Shown here piece after piece: positions 12,446 to 26,648 of a stretch of 64,000 nucleotides of DNA. Under the pieces are notes generated by a model that saw only the letters and a list, made by a program, of their open reading frames with translations, did no database searches and was not told where the DNA came from. The position numbers were made by a program, and so were the translations under genes. The stretch is from Octopus sinensis (Eukaryota), in contig NC_042997.1 of assembly GCF_006345805.1 (NCBI RefSeq), positions 11,036,001-11,100,000 of the forward strand, written 5' to 3'. How positions within the stretch are numbered: the stretch's first letter is position 1; the number at the start of each line of letters is the position of its first letter.

Positions 12446-13431
12446 TGAGGGAGAGTCAAAAATTATAAACACTTTTGGTTTTTCAATGTATTTACACAAA
12501 AGCAAGAGATAAACAAGTACATCATTTTTTTCAATATTGTCACCTTCCTTTTTGATACACTTGGTCCAGCAGTCCACAAGCTTGTGTATTCCCTCCAAGA
12601 AGAAAGTTTTCAGATAGTCATGCAACCATTTATGCACCACTTCCTTCACATCTTCATCCGTAGGAAATAGACGACTTCAGAGACCATCTGAGCAGTCCAA
12701 AGATATGATATTCGGAAGGGGCAAGATCTGGGCTGTAGGCAGGGTGTTCCAGCACCTCAAAACCCAACTGATTAATGGTTTCAATGCTCTGGGCAGCCGT
12801 GTGTGGATGTGCATTGTCATGCAGCAACAAAACTTTCTTCGACAATAGGCGTTGGTGTTTGGTGTGAATTGCTAGCTTCAGTTTGTTGCCCAGCAAAGCA
12901 CTGTTGTAGCAATCAAGTTGGCAGACCTCAAGATGTTTGTATTTGAGCTCTCTGTAGCAAGCTCTCTTGGCCCCCATCTAGCACAGACTTTATGGAAGCC
13001 AAGCTCATCATGGATGATTTGACAGGCAGAACCATGACTAATCTGAGGAGAATGAGCTCTCCCATCAATGATAACTCACCAGTTCACCATTACCATCTCT
13101 TGAGAAAACTTCTCAATTTACTCATACACACTTCTATGTGGTAGTGCACTGTTCTCATATTGTGCTAAAAGCCTCCAATGAATTTCAGCACCTGACACAC
13201 CTTCCAGCCAGAGAAATCGGATCGCTGCTCTTTGTTCTTCTTTGGCACACATTGCTAGTGGAGTGGCCATGCTTACACTGTAAGGCCAGTAGGTAAATGG
13301 TGTGATCAGGCTCAAATTTCAATCATGTGACCACAATAGTATCAACTGTAAGCACACATGCACAGAAGGCAGTATGACAATAATAAAGATATGTTATGGC
13401 TAAAGTGTGGATAATTTTTGACTTCCCCTCA
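12446..13431 (-). mobile_element. Mariner transposon with both TIRs and an internal deletion
   Basis: TA-flanked TIRs TGAGGG(A/G)(G/A)AGTCAAAAATTAT; EQRAAIRFLW helix-turn-helix, CARWGPREL (WVPHEL-like), LLHDNAHPH, YSPDLAPS. The first catalytic Asp region is missing; 986 bp. Confidence 0.9.
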
Positions 13432-13515
13432 TATATTTTTGGCATTTGCAATATTTACACACTGCAAGATAACAACTTCACAATTGTCAGGAAGAGATAC
13501 TCCTGATAGTAGTAA

Positions 13516-13985
13516 CTAGCAGTATAGCCCGGCTTTGCCCAGGATTAAGTTAGGATTATTAAGCTAATAAAGTTCTTTATTTCAAACCAAACTAAGTAAC
13601 ATTGGCGTCAAATTTGGGTGAAATCTGTTGAAATTGGTAAACTTTTGGCTGAAAATGAGTTGCAGACAACTTGATTGGGAAATCCCATAAGGAATTGGTT
13701 TATCAATTTTTTTCCACTCATCAATTCTTACTCGTCGCTAGAAGGGGACTTAACTCCTGTTTGTAAACAATGGCAAATTCTCCAATTTGAAAATTGCTAA
13801 GTTTTAGTTGAAAATTTATTTTTACTGCTATTCACTGGTGTCTCTGGGGAAAATAAGTTGATGAAAATACAGCTAGGATCATGACAAATGTCCTCCTAAA
13901 ATTGGAGCGACATGTGTGCTAATTTGTGGACGTGCATAAATTACATTCACGTACACACACACATCCTGCCTTTTATATATACAGA
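13516..13985 (-). mobile_element. Non-autonomous Helitron
   Basis: A|TC start, terminal hairpin, CTAG|T end; interior differs from the other two copies. Confidence 0.7.
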
Positions 13986-15844
13986 TATCACTAACAGAGG
14001 AAAACAAACATGACCTTAAATCAAAAATATAGAAAACTTAAAACTTACACATGAGCAATAGAGAACATGAAAAAAAAACTAGTGCTGGAAAAAATATAAA
14101 AGCAAATAACATTAACAACACCAGCAACATTTCATCACCATTATAACAACACCAACATTCTATCATCATTTGTTGCCATTGTGGGGGAAAAAAGGTGAAT
14201 CATTTGATATGAGCTAGTCCAAAGAAAAGGAAAATCAGTGAATTGGATATGTCACAAAAAATTGCACTTCCTCATCCAAGAAATTTATCAAAGAAAGAAT
14301 ATGGAGGATAATATACCTCTGTTTTTCAACAACTAATGGACAGAGGGGGCTTTGTATGCCCCTGAATGAGAGTTGAAGGAAGCTTTAGCTAATGTATGAC
14401 AGATATTGTAGTCTATTGACTGGAGCAGAACATATGGAAGTATGTACCTGGTCTTTAAAAGTAAACACAAAACAAGGAGACAGGAGGAATTGGTGCACCA
14501 TATGACTGCTCACAGGTTGGTGTTACAATACATGTGGGATTTAGAAACAAGAATTACAACCAGAGAAGTTGGAACAGATACCACATTTGGTTAATTACCA
14601 CTTTTGTGCAGCATATAGTGAGTAAACCTGCAACAATATGAGCTGAATGTCTGTTTGGACAGTCAGCTTCTAATAACCTCCATAGACAAGGCCATCCTAA
14701 AGCTGTACCCAACTGAAGGAAAAGAAAAAGGTCAATTAGAGTGGTTGCGCAGGCCCAGTTGCTACACAGAGTAGTAAGAGCCATTTAGGGGCTTTCTGTC
14801 TAGAAGAGTTAAAATCTTTGTCTTACTTCATCTGCTCACTGCTGTTACTGTTTGTAAAGCACCACCAGTCACAGCTTCAGGAATGATTGAAGCCAAAACA
14901 AATGAAATTGCCTCATCTTTAGTGCCACCGTCACCAAATCCAAAGAGTTTCTTCCTCAAGCAAGAGACCAGCAAGAGACTATATTGAATAATGCCACCCA
15001 AAAGTGCTCTGACAACTAGGACCAAATGGTGATTGGAGAAGGGTAGCCACCAAGAAAAGAAGGAAGAAAGAGAATGAAACCAAACAAAAGCAAACAAGAC
15101 AATGAAAGCCCTTCATGAAGAGATGCCTTCCTTCAAAGAGTGCCTGAAATTTAGCGCTTCAAAAGTAAAACAGTGATCTACTTGATCTAACGTTGACCTT
15201 GAGAAGAAAACAATGTAAATATGTTGATTGAAGAGACAGAATATGATAACCAAGAGCTTCTAGATGATATATGTTTGATAAAGACTATGTTAAGTAGTTT
15301 AAAAGTGATTGAGAGATTACAACTCAAAGGATGTAGGGCCCTTCATGGGTTGGCTAAAGCCAAAAACACTTTGTGGCAATTTTGGATGGTTCACTTTGTG
15401 GAAAAAAATCAGACCAGAAGGTGGTCAGAGTTGTGGTGTGCTCTGATTCCACTTAGGTGGCAACTTATCTATGTAGGGAGGGATCTCCCTTATTTGATTT
15501 ATCTATGTTTGCTTCTGCATATTGAAATTTTAAGATTTTAAGATATCACATTGTACTTCTCCCAATCAAAACCATATATACATGATTGTGAGAGGAACAT
15601 AATATAGCATGTTAAGATATTAAATATGCATGTACATCCCCAGATATCTTGTAATAGAATCTGTTGAAAAAAATCAGTAGACCTCATGAATAAAATATCA
15701 AGTACTATTTGCATTTAATCTCTTTCAAGATTAGATAACAATAAATAAAAGGTATTTTAAGATTATTTTTCTCATTCTTTTACTGTATCAAAGATATACT
15801 TAATATTTGTTATATATTAGTGTACTGGTCGGACTTTACCAAGT

Positions 15845-16310
15845 TTTGATTTTCAGCCATCTCTTATTTATCATAGTCCTCCAGGCTATAACAGGAATTT
15901 AAAACTGGTTGTCCAAGGGAGCTCTTCTACGTTGATGACCTTATTATTATAAATGAATCTATAGTAAGTAGAATTAAAGAAGAAATCTCAAGTATGGAAG
16001 CAAGGTCTGAAATCAAAAAGCCTTGGAGTTAATTTAACAAAGGCTAAAGTACTAATAAGCAGGAAAGCAAACAAATACTAATCCCTTCATGGAAATGGCC
16101 TTGCTCAATATGCAGAAAAATGTAAGTAGAAACTTAGTATGATGTACCCAGTCCTAGTGCAAGCTACATACACATAAGAAGTGGAGTGGAATCACAGGAA
16201 GGTTAACAGAGAAAGTAGTTTGTGTGTGTGACAGTTGTGGAGGAAAAGTAAACACTAAGAACATGAAGGAATTAGATTTCCTCAAATGCCCAAGGGACTT
16301 GTTCGAAGTA
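15845..16310 (+). mobile_element. Degraded RTE RT C-terminal fragment (related piece at 11795-11955)
   Basis: Decayed LFIIVLQAIT...GCP.ELLY.DDL and NLTKAKV motifs. Confidence 0.65.
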
Positions 16311-16914
16311 GTATTTCTCTCCTTTCCCATTCTCCTCATGAACCTACTAGCACTTAATATGTCCCTGTTGAATCTCTTCCCCACAATATATTCTCCAGAC
16401 ACTCCCTCTCTCTACCTGTATCCACTCATTATATTCCTTACCTTCCCTCCATTTCCCAATCTCATAAACTTACCCACCCACTCACCTTATCCAGTCCCCA
16501 GTTCCACTTACATACACCTCCCTACAACTCAAGAGTTTGCACCATCACATCTTCTCTCTCTCTCTCTCTCTCCAATTAAGGTAGCTATGTATCTCCTCTA
16601 CTGCAAGACACCTATTTCTGTCCCACTATCCAATACTCTAACTTCTCATTACCTGGCACAAAGCCACCTCCTTCAAAACTATTCCCTGCTCAGCTGAGGG
16701 GTCATGGTAATCTCACTGCTACCACATAAAAAGCACCCAGTTCACTCAGTAAAGTGGTTGGCATTAGGAAGAACATCTAGTCAAAGCAAATAGTAGGGCT
16801 TGGTTCAGTCTTCTTATTTGCTAGCTCCTGTCAAACCATCCAACTCATGCTAGCAAGGAAGAACATTAAATGAAGGTGATGATGATTGCCATTTTAGGTT
16901 ATATCTCTACTATA

Positions 16915-17215
16915 AGAGGTCTGATCAAAAAATATTGGGGCTGTTTCTAGGGTAACGGAACTAAAGTACACAGAGTGAAGTCACTTGGTACAGAGTGACC
17001 TTGAATTCTGTTACACATGTACACTAAGTTAAACATTCTTACTCACTTCTGTTGTTTATAGCAGTGCTTGGAAATAACGTGTGTGGGGGTATGGTCGTCT
17101 CACCAAGAAAATTGAGCAGAGAGTCTGCATCAAATTTTGCCAAAAGTTTGGTGATACCTACGCAGAGACCTACATAAAGTTGCAGAAAGTGTATGGAGAG
17201 GAGTATATGAGCTGT
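16915..17215 (+). mobile_element. Mariner 5' fragment
   Basis: TA|AGAGGTCTGATCAAAAAATAT terminus, then IEQRVCIKFCQKFGDTYAETYIKLQKVYGE. Confidence 0.7.
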
Positions 17216-17291
17216 GTTATGCTTATCTTTTTATAGCACCAGTTCTCATACTTTTTGATCAGGCCTCATATTGACAATGGTCATCTATTAA

Positions 17292-17505
17292 CCCTTTCAT
17301 TACTGTATTTATTTTGAGATTCTTTGTGTTTCTTTCAATTATTTTAAATATAACAAAGAATTTAGTAAAATAACTTAGTTATCATTAAGCTAGTGTTAGG
17401 AACGTAAATTGTAACTAAGGCTAGGTGGAATATTTTAATTCAAAACTTATGAAAACAAGACATTTTACCACAGAGCCGGTTTTGGCCGCGTTAGTAACAA
17501 AAGGG
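17292..17505. mobile_element. TTAA-flanked MITE of a second family; relative at 19261-19438
   Basis: TTAA|CCCTTT...AAAGGG|TTAA termini. Confidence 0.65.
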
Positions 17506-18159
17506 TTAACGGCAGTGAGTATCCGCACTGGAAAAGCTTCTTACAAAGCCACAAACCTAGCAAAGAATTTTTGTAGAAGACTAGTAGGTGCCAGTGCTTG
17601 CAAGTCTTTTCTCTTCTTATCACCAATATTGTCTAAGGGAAAGCCGACAATACAATGAAAGGTAAAGTTCACCATGGCAGGATTTAGTAGAGAGAGTTGG
17701 AATACACATCAGTTATTTCATTTAATGTTTGAAAAACCCTGCCATTTACTACCTGTATTGTATGCTCCTATAAATATTGATTTCTAACACTGATGCACAG
17801 CCATAAATTTCGGAAGGGAGACTATTATAAATTAAATTAATACCATATCTTGAAGTTCAAAGTTGACCCAGGCAGAATTTGAACACTGAATGTATAACTG
17901 AAGTATTGCAAGACATTTTGTCTGAGGTTCAGATGGTTCTGCTGATCTGATACTTCGATGTAAATACTAAAAGTGAATCCATTTCAACTCTCTTACTCAT
18001 AGCAGAATCTTTAGACACAATTTCAGTTGAAATGAAGTGGTTCTCAGCCAACACAATCGCTGATAATTATTTTTTCCATGCAGGAAAATATATCCCCCCA
18101 CCACTTCCAATGCTTCCTAAAATAATAGATTTTAGTAATAAGGCTTCTTAGTTTTAGGT

Positions 18160-18640
18160 CCTGTGTCATGTTACGCAATGGGCAGCAAGGCTTCTCCAAC
18201 ATGGTCGATCAGCCATGGTGATTTCGGCTTCATCCCATGAAATGTCAATGGTTTTGAGGTCATTGACGATGGTGCAGCACCAAGTCACTTTTGGTCGCCC
18301 TCGTTCTCTCTTGCCATGTGGTGGCTTCCACAAAATGGCAGTTTTCATATGCCATGACAATGGTAATCGGAGAACATGGTCTGCGAATCACAAGCAGCAC
18401 TCAGTGACAATGTCATGGAGTGGAAAGGTGTCGGTTCAGCAATGTATCTTGTCATTGGTGATGTGGTCCTGGTATGATATTCACAGTATCCATCAGAGGC
18501 ATCATAACTGAAATACATTGAGCCTTCATGTGAACTTTGCTGACGTCTTCTATATTTCCGATGGTATGACGATGCTGTTGAAGAGGCGCACTTTGGTCTT
18601 GATGGAGACTGCCCTGACTGCCCAGATGGGTTTGAGTAAT
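18160..18640 (-). mobile_element. RTE (BovB-like) LINE 3' fragment of a different family
   Basis: KTKVRLFNSIVIP, RLNVFQ..ISYQDHITND, WKPPHGKRERGRPKVTW, DRPCWRSL. Confidence 0.75.
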
Positions 18641-20249
18641 AAGGCTACTTAAACTAATTTATGCAGTTTAATCAATTGTATATCTAGAGATTTTAAAATG
18701 AAAATTGAAATATTTGTAATTTATTGAGCTATCCCATTCTTTTTCACATTCTCTGAACTTTTTTTGGTAGCTACAACAAAACAAAAAATAGTTATTGATT
18801 TTTTCTAGAATTACAAACTCTAGCTATTTATGCCTATCCTTTTTCTCAAATGATATATATATATATATGTATATATCCCCAATAAAGCTGCTAGATAGAT
18901 ACCATTTCATCATTGATTGATTGCAAGTTTGCTTATTAGAAAAGGCTAGATGCACACAAGATAAGTCTTTAGCCATATTTGAAATCACTTGCAAATTATA
19001 TGAACTGACAAGACATGCTTTTTGGCATTTAGAGTTACAAATCCAACTTCAGCTTTCAATAAAATCATTTGCTCTTTGTGCAACAACACTATCAAACAGA
19101 AAAAAAAAAGTATATGCTATTACTGAAATAAAGAATTTATGAAAATAGAAATATTTCATAATAACTCTTTTAATGTTAAAACATTTCTATTATGACTTCA
19201 ATTTCTCTTCTTTGTTACAATCAAGTATGCAGTTAAAAGACCCAGTCCAGGTTGCCTTAACCTTTTTGATACTAACCCCACTCCCTGGTTCTATGACACA
19301 AATTTACTGCTTTAAAGTGATCTAAATTATAATCTTTTATCAGAATTGCAGCTTAATAATGAGAATGTTATTTTACTAAATTCTTCACTATCTTAAAAAC
19401 AAAAGCATTATATGTCAACAAAAACAGTAACAAAAGGGCTAAAGCCATTTTTTCTTACTACTAATATTTCTTAGGATTCTTTGACCATAATACACTTTTC
19501 TTAAAGCCCTTTTATTCAACAACTAAAACCAGAGAAACTAAAACAATCATTCAAAGAGGAATTACATTTTCATTTTTAGCAACATCTTAAAATATAAAAA
19601 AAGACTCTAAAGCTCTCATCTACAAAGAGACACTTCTGATTTTCAGAGAAATTGTTCTAATGTATTTTCTCTAGATCATTACATTTCTTTGAATAAAAGA
19701 AATCTTAGAAATCCTATTGAAAGAATAGTAATGACATTGGTAACTGCATTGAGAAAAGACTTCAATTCAGTTTTTTTTTAGTGTAAAGAATACTAAAGTT
19801 TGTACTTTAACCCTTCAGGTTACTCTATCTGTCAAATGTAATGCTTGTTTATTCACATTGTTTTGAATTAATCTCATAGCTTTCAGATTTTGATATGTGA
19901 TTGTTTAGTTTTAGAATGGCATTCTAGGGTAGGTGTGTAAGGCTGTATCTGGCCAGTTTGAACGTAAAATAGGTAGAATATGGCCATTCATTCTAGTGGA
20001 ATAATCTTCTAGAAATATGTAAAACATCTCTTTATGAGACAAAATATATCAAAGTCTATTTACATTAAGTGACTGCCCCTATGTGAACATTTGAGAATAG
20101 GAGTGCCAGAGCTTGAAAAGAGATTCAGAGACTGAATAAGCAGAAGAAATCTTTTTGTAGTTTGTAGAACATGCATAAAAGAAAATCAACCATATTTGTC
20201 AATTATGATAATGCAACATCATTTCAAACTGTAAAACATACTTAAAATG

Positions 20250-20822
20250 TAAACCTACTGAGATCTTTGTTCCAGCTGTTTTCAAATTTGGTATATGGAT
20301 TAAGTTTTGAAAACTAATTATAAAAATGAAGTTCATTTATCCTATAAACCCATAATTAAAAAAGTTATTAGCCTTTAAAATTTGCAAAATTTGGGTATTT
20401 TAGCCAATCAGAAGCAAGTATTTTACACATCCCCATGGCAAAGAACTCTGTCTCCATAGTAATCAAAGCAAAGGAACATCATGTGTTCCATACCGACTGC
20501 AAAGAACTGTTTTCATAGTAACCAAAGATGCTGCACATGCACACAAGGAGTGTAACTATCGCGTTTTGACTGTTATTTCTAGCAACTCTTGTTGGTTTGT
20601 TCGTAGCTTTTAAATATTTAATTTACTTGTGAATCTTTTAATGTTTTTCACGCTTCACATTACTGGGACAGATGATGGAAGAGGCAGCAAATGCGCTGCT
20701 TTCTGATTGGTTGAAAACTCTGTAAATTATCAAATTTTGAACACCTGTAACATTTTCACAAAATTTTTCTGGTATAAATGAATAACAAATTTGGATTCAG
20801 CTTCAAAAATTAGATCTGTAGG
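20250..20822. mobile_element. Degenerate MITE-like element
   Basis: Subterminal inverted motifs CCAATCAGAAGCA (about 20404) / TGCTTTCTGATTGG (about 20697) and weak terminal symmetry. Confidence 0.35.
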
Positions 20823-21070
20823 ATACATTAAAATTATTCAAAAAGATTTTGACATGCAGTGATGTTGACTGTAGATCTGTTGACTGTAAGCATGTTTTCC
20901 TACACTTAACTACTTCCTACAAACTCTAGCATTATTACAGAAATATCATAATGATAAAAAACATTCAAATGTTAGGAAGTTGATTTAGTCTTTTTCAACT
21001 TAATGCAATTAACAAATATAGTTGATTTACCTTCTACAAGCTAGAAACAATTGTTTCTCTTTATACAATA

Positions 21071-21468
21071 CTAGCAGTATCGCCCGGCGTTGCTCAGGTT
21101 TGTAAGGGAAATAACTATAAAAGCATTTTTAGAGATGTAAAGTATAATAGCCATCTCACTATGGCTAACCACAAGGGGGGGGGGAGTTACTGTAGCTTTT
21201 AACGTTCTGAGATTTAATAATAAATTTTTAGAGAGTTACTTCCCTTATATATGCCAAAAATGCATTAAAAATGGAAAAAATTGATGGTAATTTTTTTTTT
21301 AAATCGTAGACTCATAGTAGACGCGCGCTAATACACAGAAGGGCTCGATATGAATCACGACTATAAGATACCCGGTTTTGGTTAAACTGCACCGCAAAAT
21401 GTGGGAGTAGTTAGGAATCTAAATCGTAGGAGACAGACAGCACACAACCTCACTTTTATATATAAAGA
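21071..21468 (-). mobile_element. Non-autonomous Helitron
   Basis: Minus strand starts with TC and ends with a GC hairpin followed by CTAG|T; 3' end shared with 56686-57067. Confidence 0.75.
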
Positions 21469-22565
21469 CGTGAACCTCTTTCCCAACCTATGGCACTCCT
21501 GCTTTCATGTTTATTTACATAGAGGCAAGCAATTTATGTCTCAAACGAGGCATATCTTACAAGATCACATCCTGTGATCATAGTGGGAATGGTGCAAATA
21601 GGACACTATAACAAAGTTCTTTCATGTTTCCTATTACAATTATATTCAATCAAAGATGCATTAAAAGAACAAAAACTGATCCCATTGCTTGGCTGTCTTC
21701 TTCTTTATTGTAATCCTTAATATATTTGAATGATTTCTTTTAACTGGAAGCACATATATGACACAAGGCATATATAATGAGAGGGGGAAAAATCAATCAA
21801 ATAATTCTGTCTTTGTACCAATAAAACAAAATCTCAATCTAAATAATTTCCCTAAGCATCCAGTGGATTATTTTGAAAGTATCAAAACGATTGTTTTGTG
21901 GCGAAAGGCATATTTTTACATTTCAATTTGCAGATCTAATTTTCCGTCCGTTCAATGCCAGGTAACTCAGTTTTTATATAACCGCTAGATAATACAATTT
22001 ACCAAAGTAAACTACAGCCAAATGGGAAAGATCCGATGTGTCAAATAAATAAAGATAAATAAAGCATGCACATTGCTCCAGTTATACATCGTGCAAATAA
22101 TACTGCTTGTTAAGATTATTTCTATAGAACAAAATGTTTGGGACAAACCAAGACAGGCAGCATTAGGCACTGTGTCGAGCATCACTTGATAATTCGGTGC
22201 CAGCAGTAAAGCTCCTTAAACATCTCAAATGCCATAGGTTTTAAAAAATGCAATTTACCAAAAATTATGGTATTGGGTACAGATAATACTGTGCTTAAGG
22301 AGTTCGCTGCTTTGCAGACACGTGGTTTCAGGGTCAGACCCTCTGAGCGGCATCTTGCGCAAGCGTTTACTACTGTAACCCTGGACTGACCAATGCCTTA
22401 TGAATGAATTTGGTAGATGGACACTATGTGGAAGCATATTTTATATGTGTGCGAGTGTTTTTGTGTTTATCTCCATACCGCTTGTCAACAGATGTTGGTC
22501 TGTTTACGTTTCCGTCACTTAGCGGTTCGGCAAAAGTTCGATGTAATAAGTGTCTTCTACAATAG

Positions 22566-23066
22566 CCCTGGGAAAGACTTCCACTTGTCCCCACCCATTT
22601 TCTCCAAAATTTGTTTTTTTTTTTTTTTTTTTGCCAAAAACCCGTTTTCGGATACGGTGGTTCCGAAAAATCGGCATTGTTAAATTCCCCCCACCCCAAA
22701 TTAAAGAATTTTGACTTTTTTCCCCAACACTAACCCTAACCTTAACCGTATGTACAGAAATGTTTTGAAATTTTTATCCGAATCATGTCCGTATTTTTCT
22801 GCATATTTAGAAATAAAAAAAATTTTACAAAAGTTTTAGGTAATTTTTTTTCAGAACCATAATCTCCATATTTTTCCGCATATTTTGAAAAAAATATTGT
22901 GAAAAAAGTTTATAAAAAGAATGAAATGGGGGTGGGGTGATAATTTTAAAATGCCGATTTTTGCAGATTCGTATTCCCCGTAGCCGAAAAGGGATGGGGG
23001 TTGTGTCGAAAAAAAAAACTTTAAAAACGGGTGGGGTTTGGTGGGGGGGAGTCTTGCCAAGCCCTG
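22566..23066. mobile_element. Unclassified foldback/MITE with long imperfect TIRs
   Basis: About 130-bp ends are reverse-complement similar (AAAAATCGGCATT...CCCCCACCCC). Confidence 0.55.
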
Positions 23067-23606
23067 AACTAACCAGTTCCTTGTGAGAGAATTCGGTCGA
23101 TGGAAACTGTGTAGAAGCCCTGTGTGTCTGTGTCTACGCCACTTGACAACTGGTGTGGGTCTACTTATGTCTTTTTAGACGTTCGGTAAAGGAGTCAATT
23201 GAAAAAGTACCAGACTTGAAACAATAAGTAATGCGGTGTATTTGTTCGCATTAAACCCCAGCACGGCCACAGTCCACTGACTGAAAGAAGTAAAATAATA
23301 TTTTGGTCCCTTATTCCGTTCACCTATGGACACAATAATCCCACCTCTAACACAGAATTAAGGGTTCGTGTTTGAGCAAGACAGTCACTGACTGTAGACG
23401 TCCCTAAAACAATTAAATCTGAAAATACCATACTGTAAATGAACGACTAAATAAGTCCAGCTTATTTGTTGTACTTTAATCACTTTGAACAAGGCGATGG
23501 AGTGTAGGCGAGATGATTACAAAACAACTTGACAGGGAAAACATGAGACTTGTTTTCATTTTTTATTGATTGTTTATATGAAATCTAATTAATAATTCAA
23601 CACAAT

Positions 23607-23856
23607 AATAGCTATTTGTATATATGCATATACGCATATATGTATGCATGTGTGTATATATATATATATATATACATATATATATGTATGCTTGTGTGTA
23701 TATATATATGTATGCTTGTATATATATACAAGCATACATATATATATACACACAAGCATACATATATATATATATATAACACACAAGCATACATATATAT
23801 ATATACACACAAGCATACATATATATATACACACAAGCATATATATATATACACAA

Positions 23857-23913
<57 letters not shown>

Positions 23914-23983
23914 ATATATATACACATATATATATACACATGCATACATATATGCGTATATGCATATATACAAACAGCTATTA
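23607..23983. repeat. TA-rich foldback with mirrored CACAAGCATAC units
   Basis: About 55-bp complex ends are reverse complements; the interior is (TA)n with units in both orientations. Confidence 0.8.
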
Positions 23984-23990
23984 TGTACAC

Positions 23991-24191
23991 CAGTGGTTTT
24001 CAACCAGGGTTCCACCAGTACAGTCCAGGGGTTCCGCAAGAAGTTACAAAACTGCTAAAATCGGCAGTAATTTTTAATTCTCTTGTGCTGATATGTGTGC
24101 ATAAGACTATTAAATTATTGCACAGGGGTTCCTCGAGCCAGTGGAATGTTTCCTTGGGGTTCCGCTCCAGCAAAAAGTTTGAAAAGCACTG
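23991..24191. mobile_element. hAT (Charlie-like) MITE
   Basis: TIR CAGTG(G/C)TTTTCAA; 8-bp flanks ATGTACAC/ATATACAC. Confidence 0.8.
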
Positions 24192-24674
24192 ATATACACA
24201 CATACATATACAGATATATATACATACATGCATATACACAAATATATACACACACATAAATATATATACACAAACACACACATATATATATACCTGCAGG
24301 CTTCTGTGCTTAAGATGTAGTAAGTTGAATATACAATACTTTCTAATCAAATATTATTACATACACATACACACAGGCATACGTGCATAAAATATATACA
24401 ACATAATATACACACATATGCACATCTATACGCGCACAAATGCATACATGTATACACATATGTGAATGTAAGCGCGCACACATTTTTCATTTATACACAC
24501 GCGTGTATGAGTGTAAGAAAGAGAAAGGGATAATACATCGATGAGTTAATAAAAACAAACATTTAGAAAAGAAATTGAAGTTTGGAAGATGTCGCAATCA
24601 AAACACGTAAGGCGAAGTCAAATGAATTGTTTTCGTTTTTTTTAATTTAAATGTAGAAAAATTAAAAAACCTAC

Positions 24675-24780
24675 CTGAAATCACTGAGCTATCCCCCGTA
24701 TATGTCCTTCTTCCATCGGAATTGAGTTGTGATAGAGGACTGTCGAGAACTGTTAATGATGGGTCAGACCATGCCGCCAT
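24675..24780 (-). CDS. Probable first coding exon of an unidentified gene (MAAWSDPSLTVLDSPLSQLNSDGRRTYTGDSSVIS...)
   Basis: aacataatATGGCGGC start context (A at -3, G at +4), 35 open codons, donor CAG|GTAGGT, CpG-rich setting. Protein not recognised; downstream exons not securely found. Confidence 0.55.
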
Positions 24781-26648
24781 ATTATGTTGTAACGACCCCT
24801 ATCAGCTGATGTAGGCTGATGCAGTTTGGCCTCCACTATCAACTAAAACACAATACGAGGTGAGTGTGAAAGAAGGAAAAAATAAAACACTACCGATAAG
24901 TATTAACCAGGTCAATCATTGCGATATGTTTACTTAAAGTGGTTGTTACAAAGCGCCTGATTTTTTTTTTTTTTTTTTTTTCGATAGCAACTAAATGCCG
25001 GCTAAATGTTTAAATAATAGTAATAAATAAATAAAGATTTCTGTTTTGACATAAGCACATGGTCGCAGTTTGGGTCGAGATGAGATACAGGCGATTTAAA
25101 CTACATCAATATTTTTGACAGATACTTCTTTATTTTCCGACTCCAGAAAGATGAAAAACAAAGTTATCCTCGGCCAGATTTGAGTTCCGAATATATAAAA
25201 TCAGTGAAACTTAATGCTGCTAGGAGATTTTTGTTTTGCTACTGATTCCGCCACTCCTCCACTTGAAAGCTAAATAAATAATAACAAACTCTCTGCATAA
25301 ATATAAAATTTCTTCCCTTTTAATGGCCTAATATAATGAATTGAATTAGTTTTCTTCATTGTAAACAATTTTAAATTTTAAATTTCGTGGGTAGAAAAAC
25401 ATCCAGCAATTGTTGCATCATCATCTCCAGGTAACGACGGAGTTAACTACGTTTAGAACAGTGATTGAAATAGGCAGGTACGCGGATTAAGGCGTTCACC
25501 TCCTTTTCAGCTCAAAGAGGGGAGTGGTTTAGCGTGCCTCGTCCCACCTTCCTTAACTTCAACTCTTCAGGCCTTATGCCCCATCCCATCGCTGATTCAT
25601 AACATATTCCCCTTCATACTTATTTCTTTATTACCCACAGAGGGGACAAACAAGGACAGACATAGGTATTAAGTCGATTAGATCGACCCAGTGCGTAACT
25701 GGTACTTAATTTATCGACCCCGAAAGGATGAAAGGCAAAGTCGACCTCGGCGGAATTTGAACTTACAACGTAACGCAGACGAAATACCGCTAAGCATTTC
25801 GCCCGGCGTACTCACGGTTCTGCCAACTCGCCGCCTCCCCTTCATACCACACATATACGAGGAGAGAGAAAGTACATATAACTGAACTTGGAATGAAAAC
25901 TCAATATTTTTTTTTTTTTGGCATCCCATGAGTTAATCGCCACAATTTTTGTTTCATTTAAAAATTTTCGGTGGTTTATTGAAGAGGAAGTGGACTGCGA
26001 CTATGACATACATCACTTCATCCGAGACAGGTAATATTGTCAGTCGATATTTAGTTTGAATATCTGTAAGTGAACGACAGCAGGAAAAAAAACGGGCGGC
26101 AAGGGGATTTCAAACAGTTGAGACAGAGAGCTTAGGAAAGTGGTTAGACTGGGGCCTGGGGAGACAGAGTACAAATGACTAGAGGAAGAGAAACAAGTAC
26201 AAATATTCGACTGAGACTGATATGGTATGTAACTGGTACATCCTGAAGAACTTATGATATTGTAATTATGATAGAGTGAAGGGGTAGTGTTTCGAAAGAC
26301 TAAAGTAGCTAGATGTTTTGCTTTTGAAGGTGATTTAAGACGTTTGTATGTATAGCAAACAGTACTGTTCTAGATATGGAAGTAGTTTTCCATTGTGGAT
26401 CTTGAACGTTTGTAGAAAATAAGCACCTACTGGGAGTTGTAGTATTTCCAAACTTAAAGAGGAAGGTTAGTCTTTGGAATATAGTTTTTCTTATGGTTTG
26501 AATGTGTAATTGACAGGAGATATGAAAAATTGTGAGGTCTAACATTTGTAGCGACATTGAGGGTTTTAGCTGTATCTTGTAGATTAGAGTTGATGAAGTA
26601 CAACATAGCTTTCTTTGTCTTTTGTGTTGTTGAAGCAGTTAGATTGTC

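Noticed and set aside
14200-15540. Possible decayed retroelement ORF1 with a zinc-knuckle-like GH..P motif
   Set aside because: The cysteines are not preserved and the frame is broken by many stops; only suggestive.
23563-24350. Cluster of long ORFs on both strands
   Set aside because: Translations of (TA)n/(CA)n microsatellite; the same applies to ORFs at 32783-33215, 42309-43094, 50454-50929, 56462-57543 and 63583-63875.
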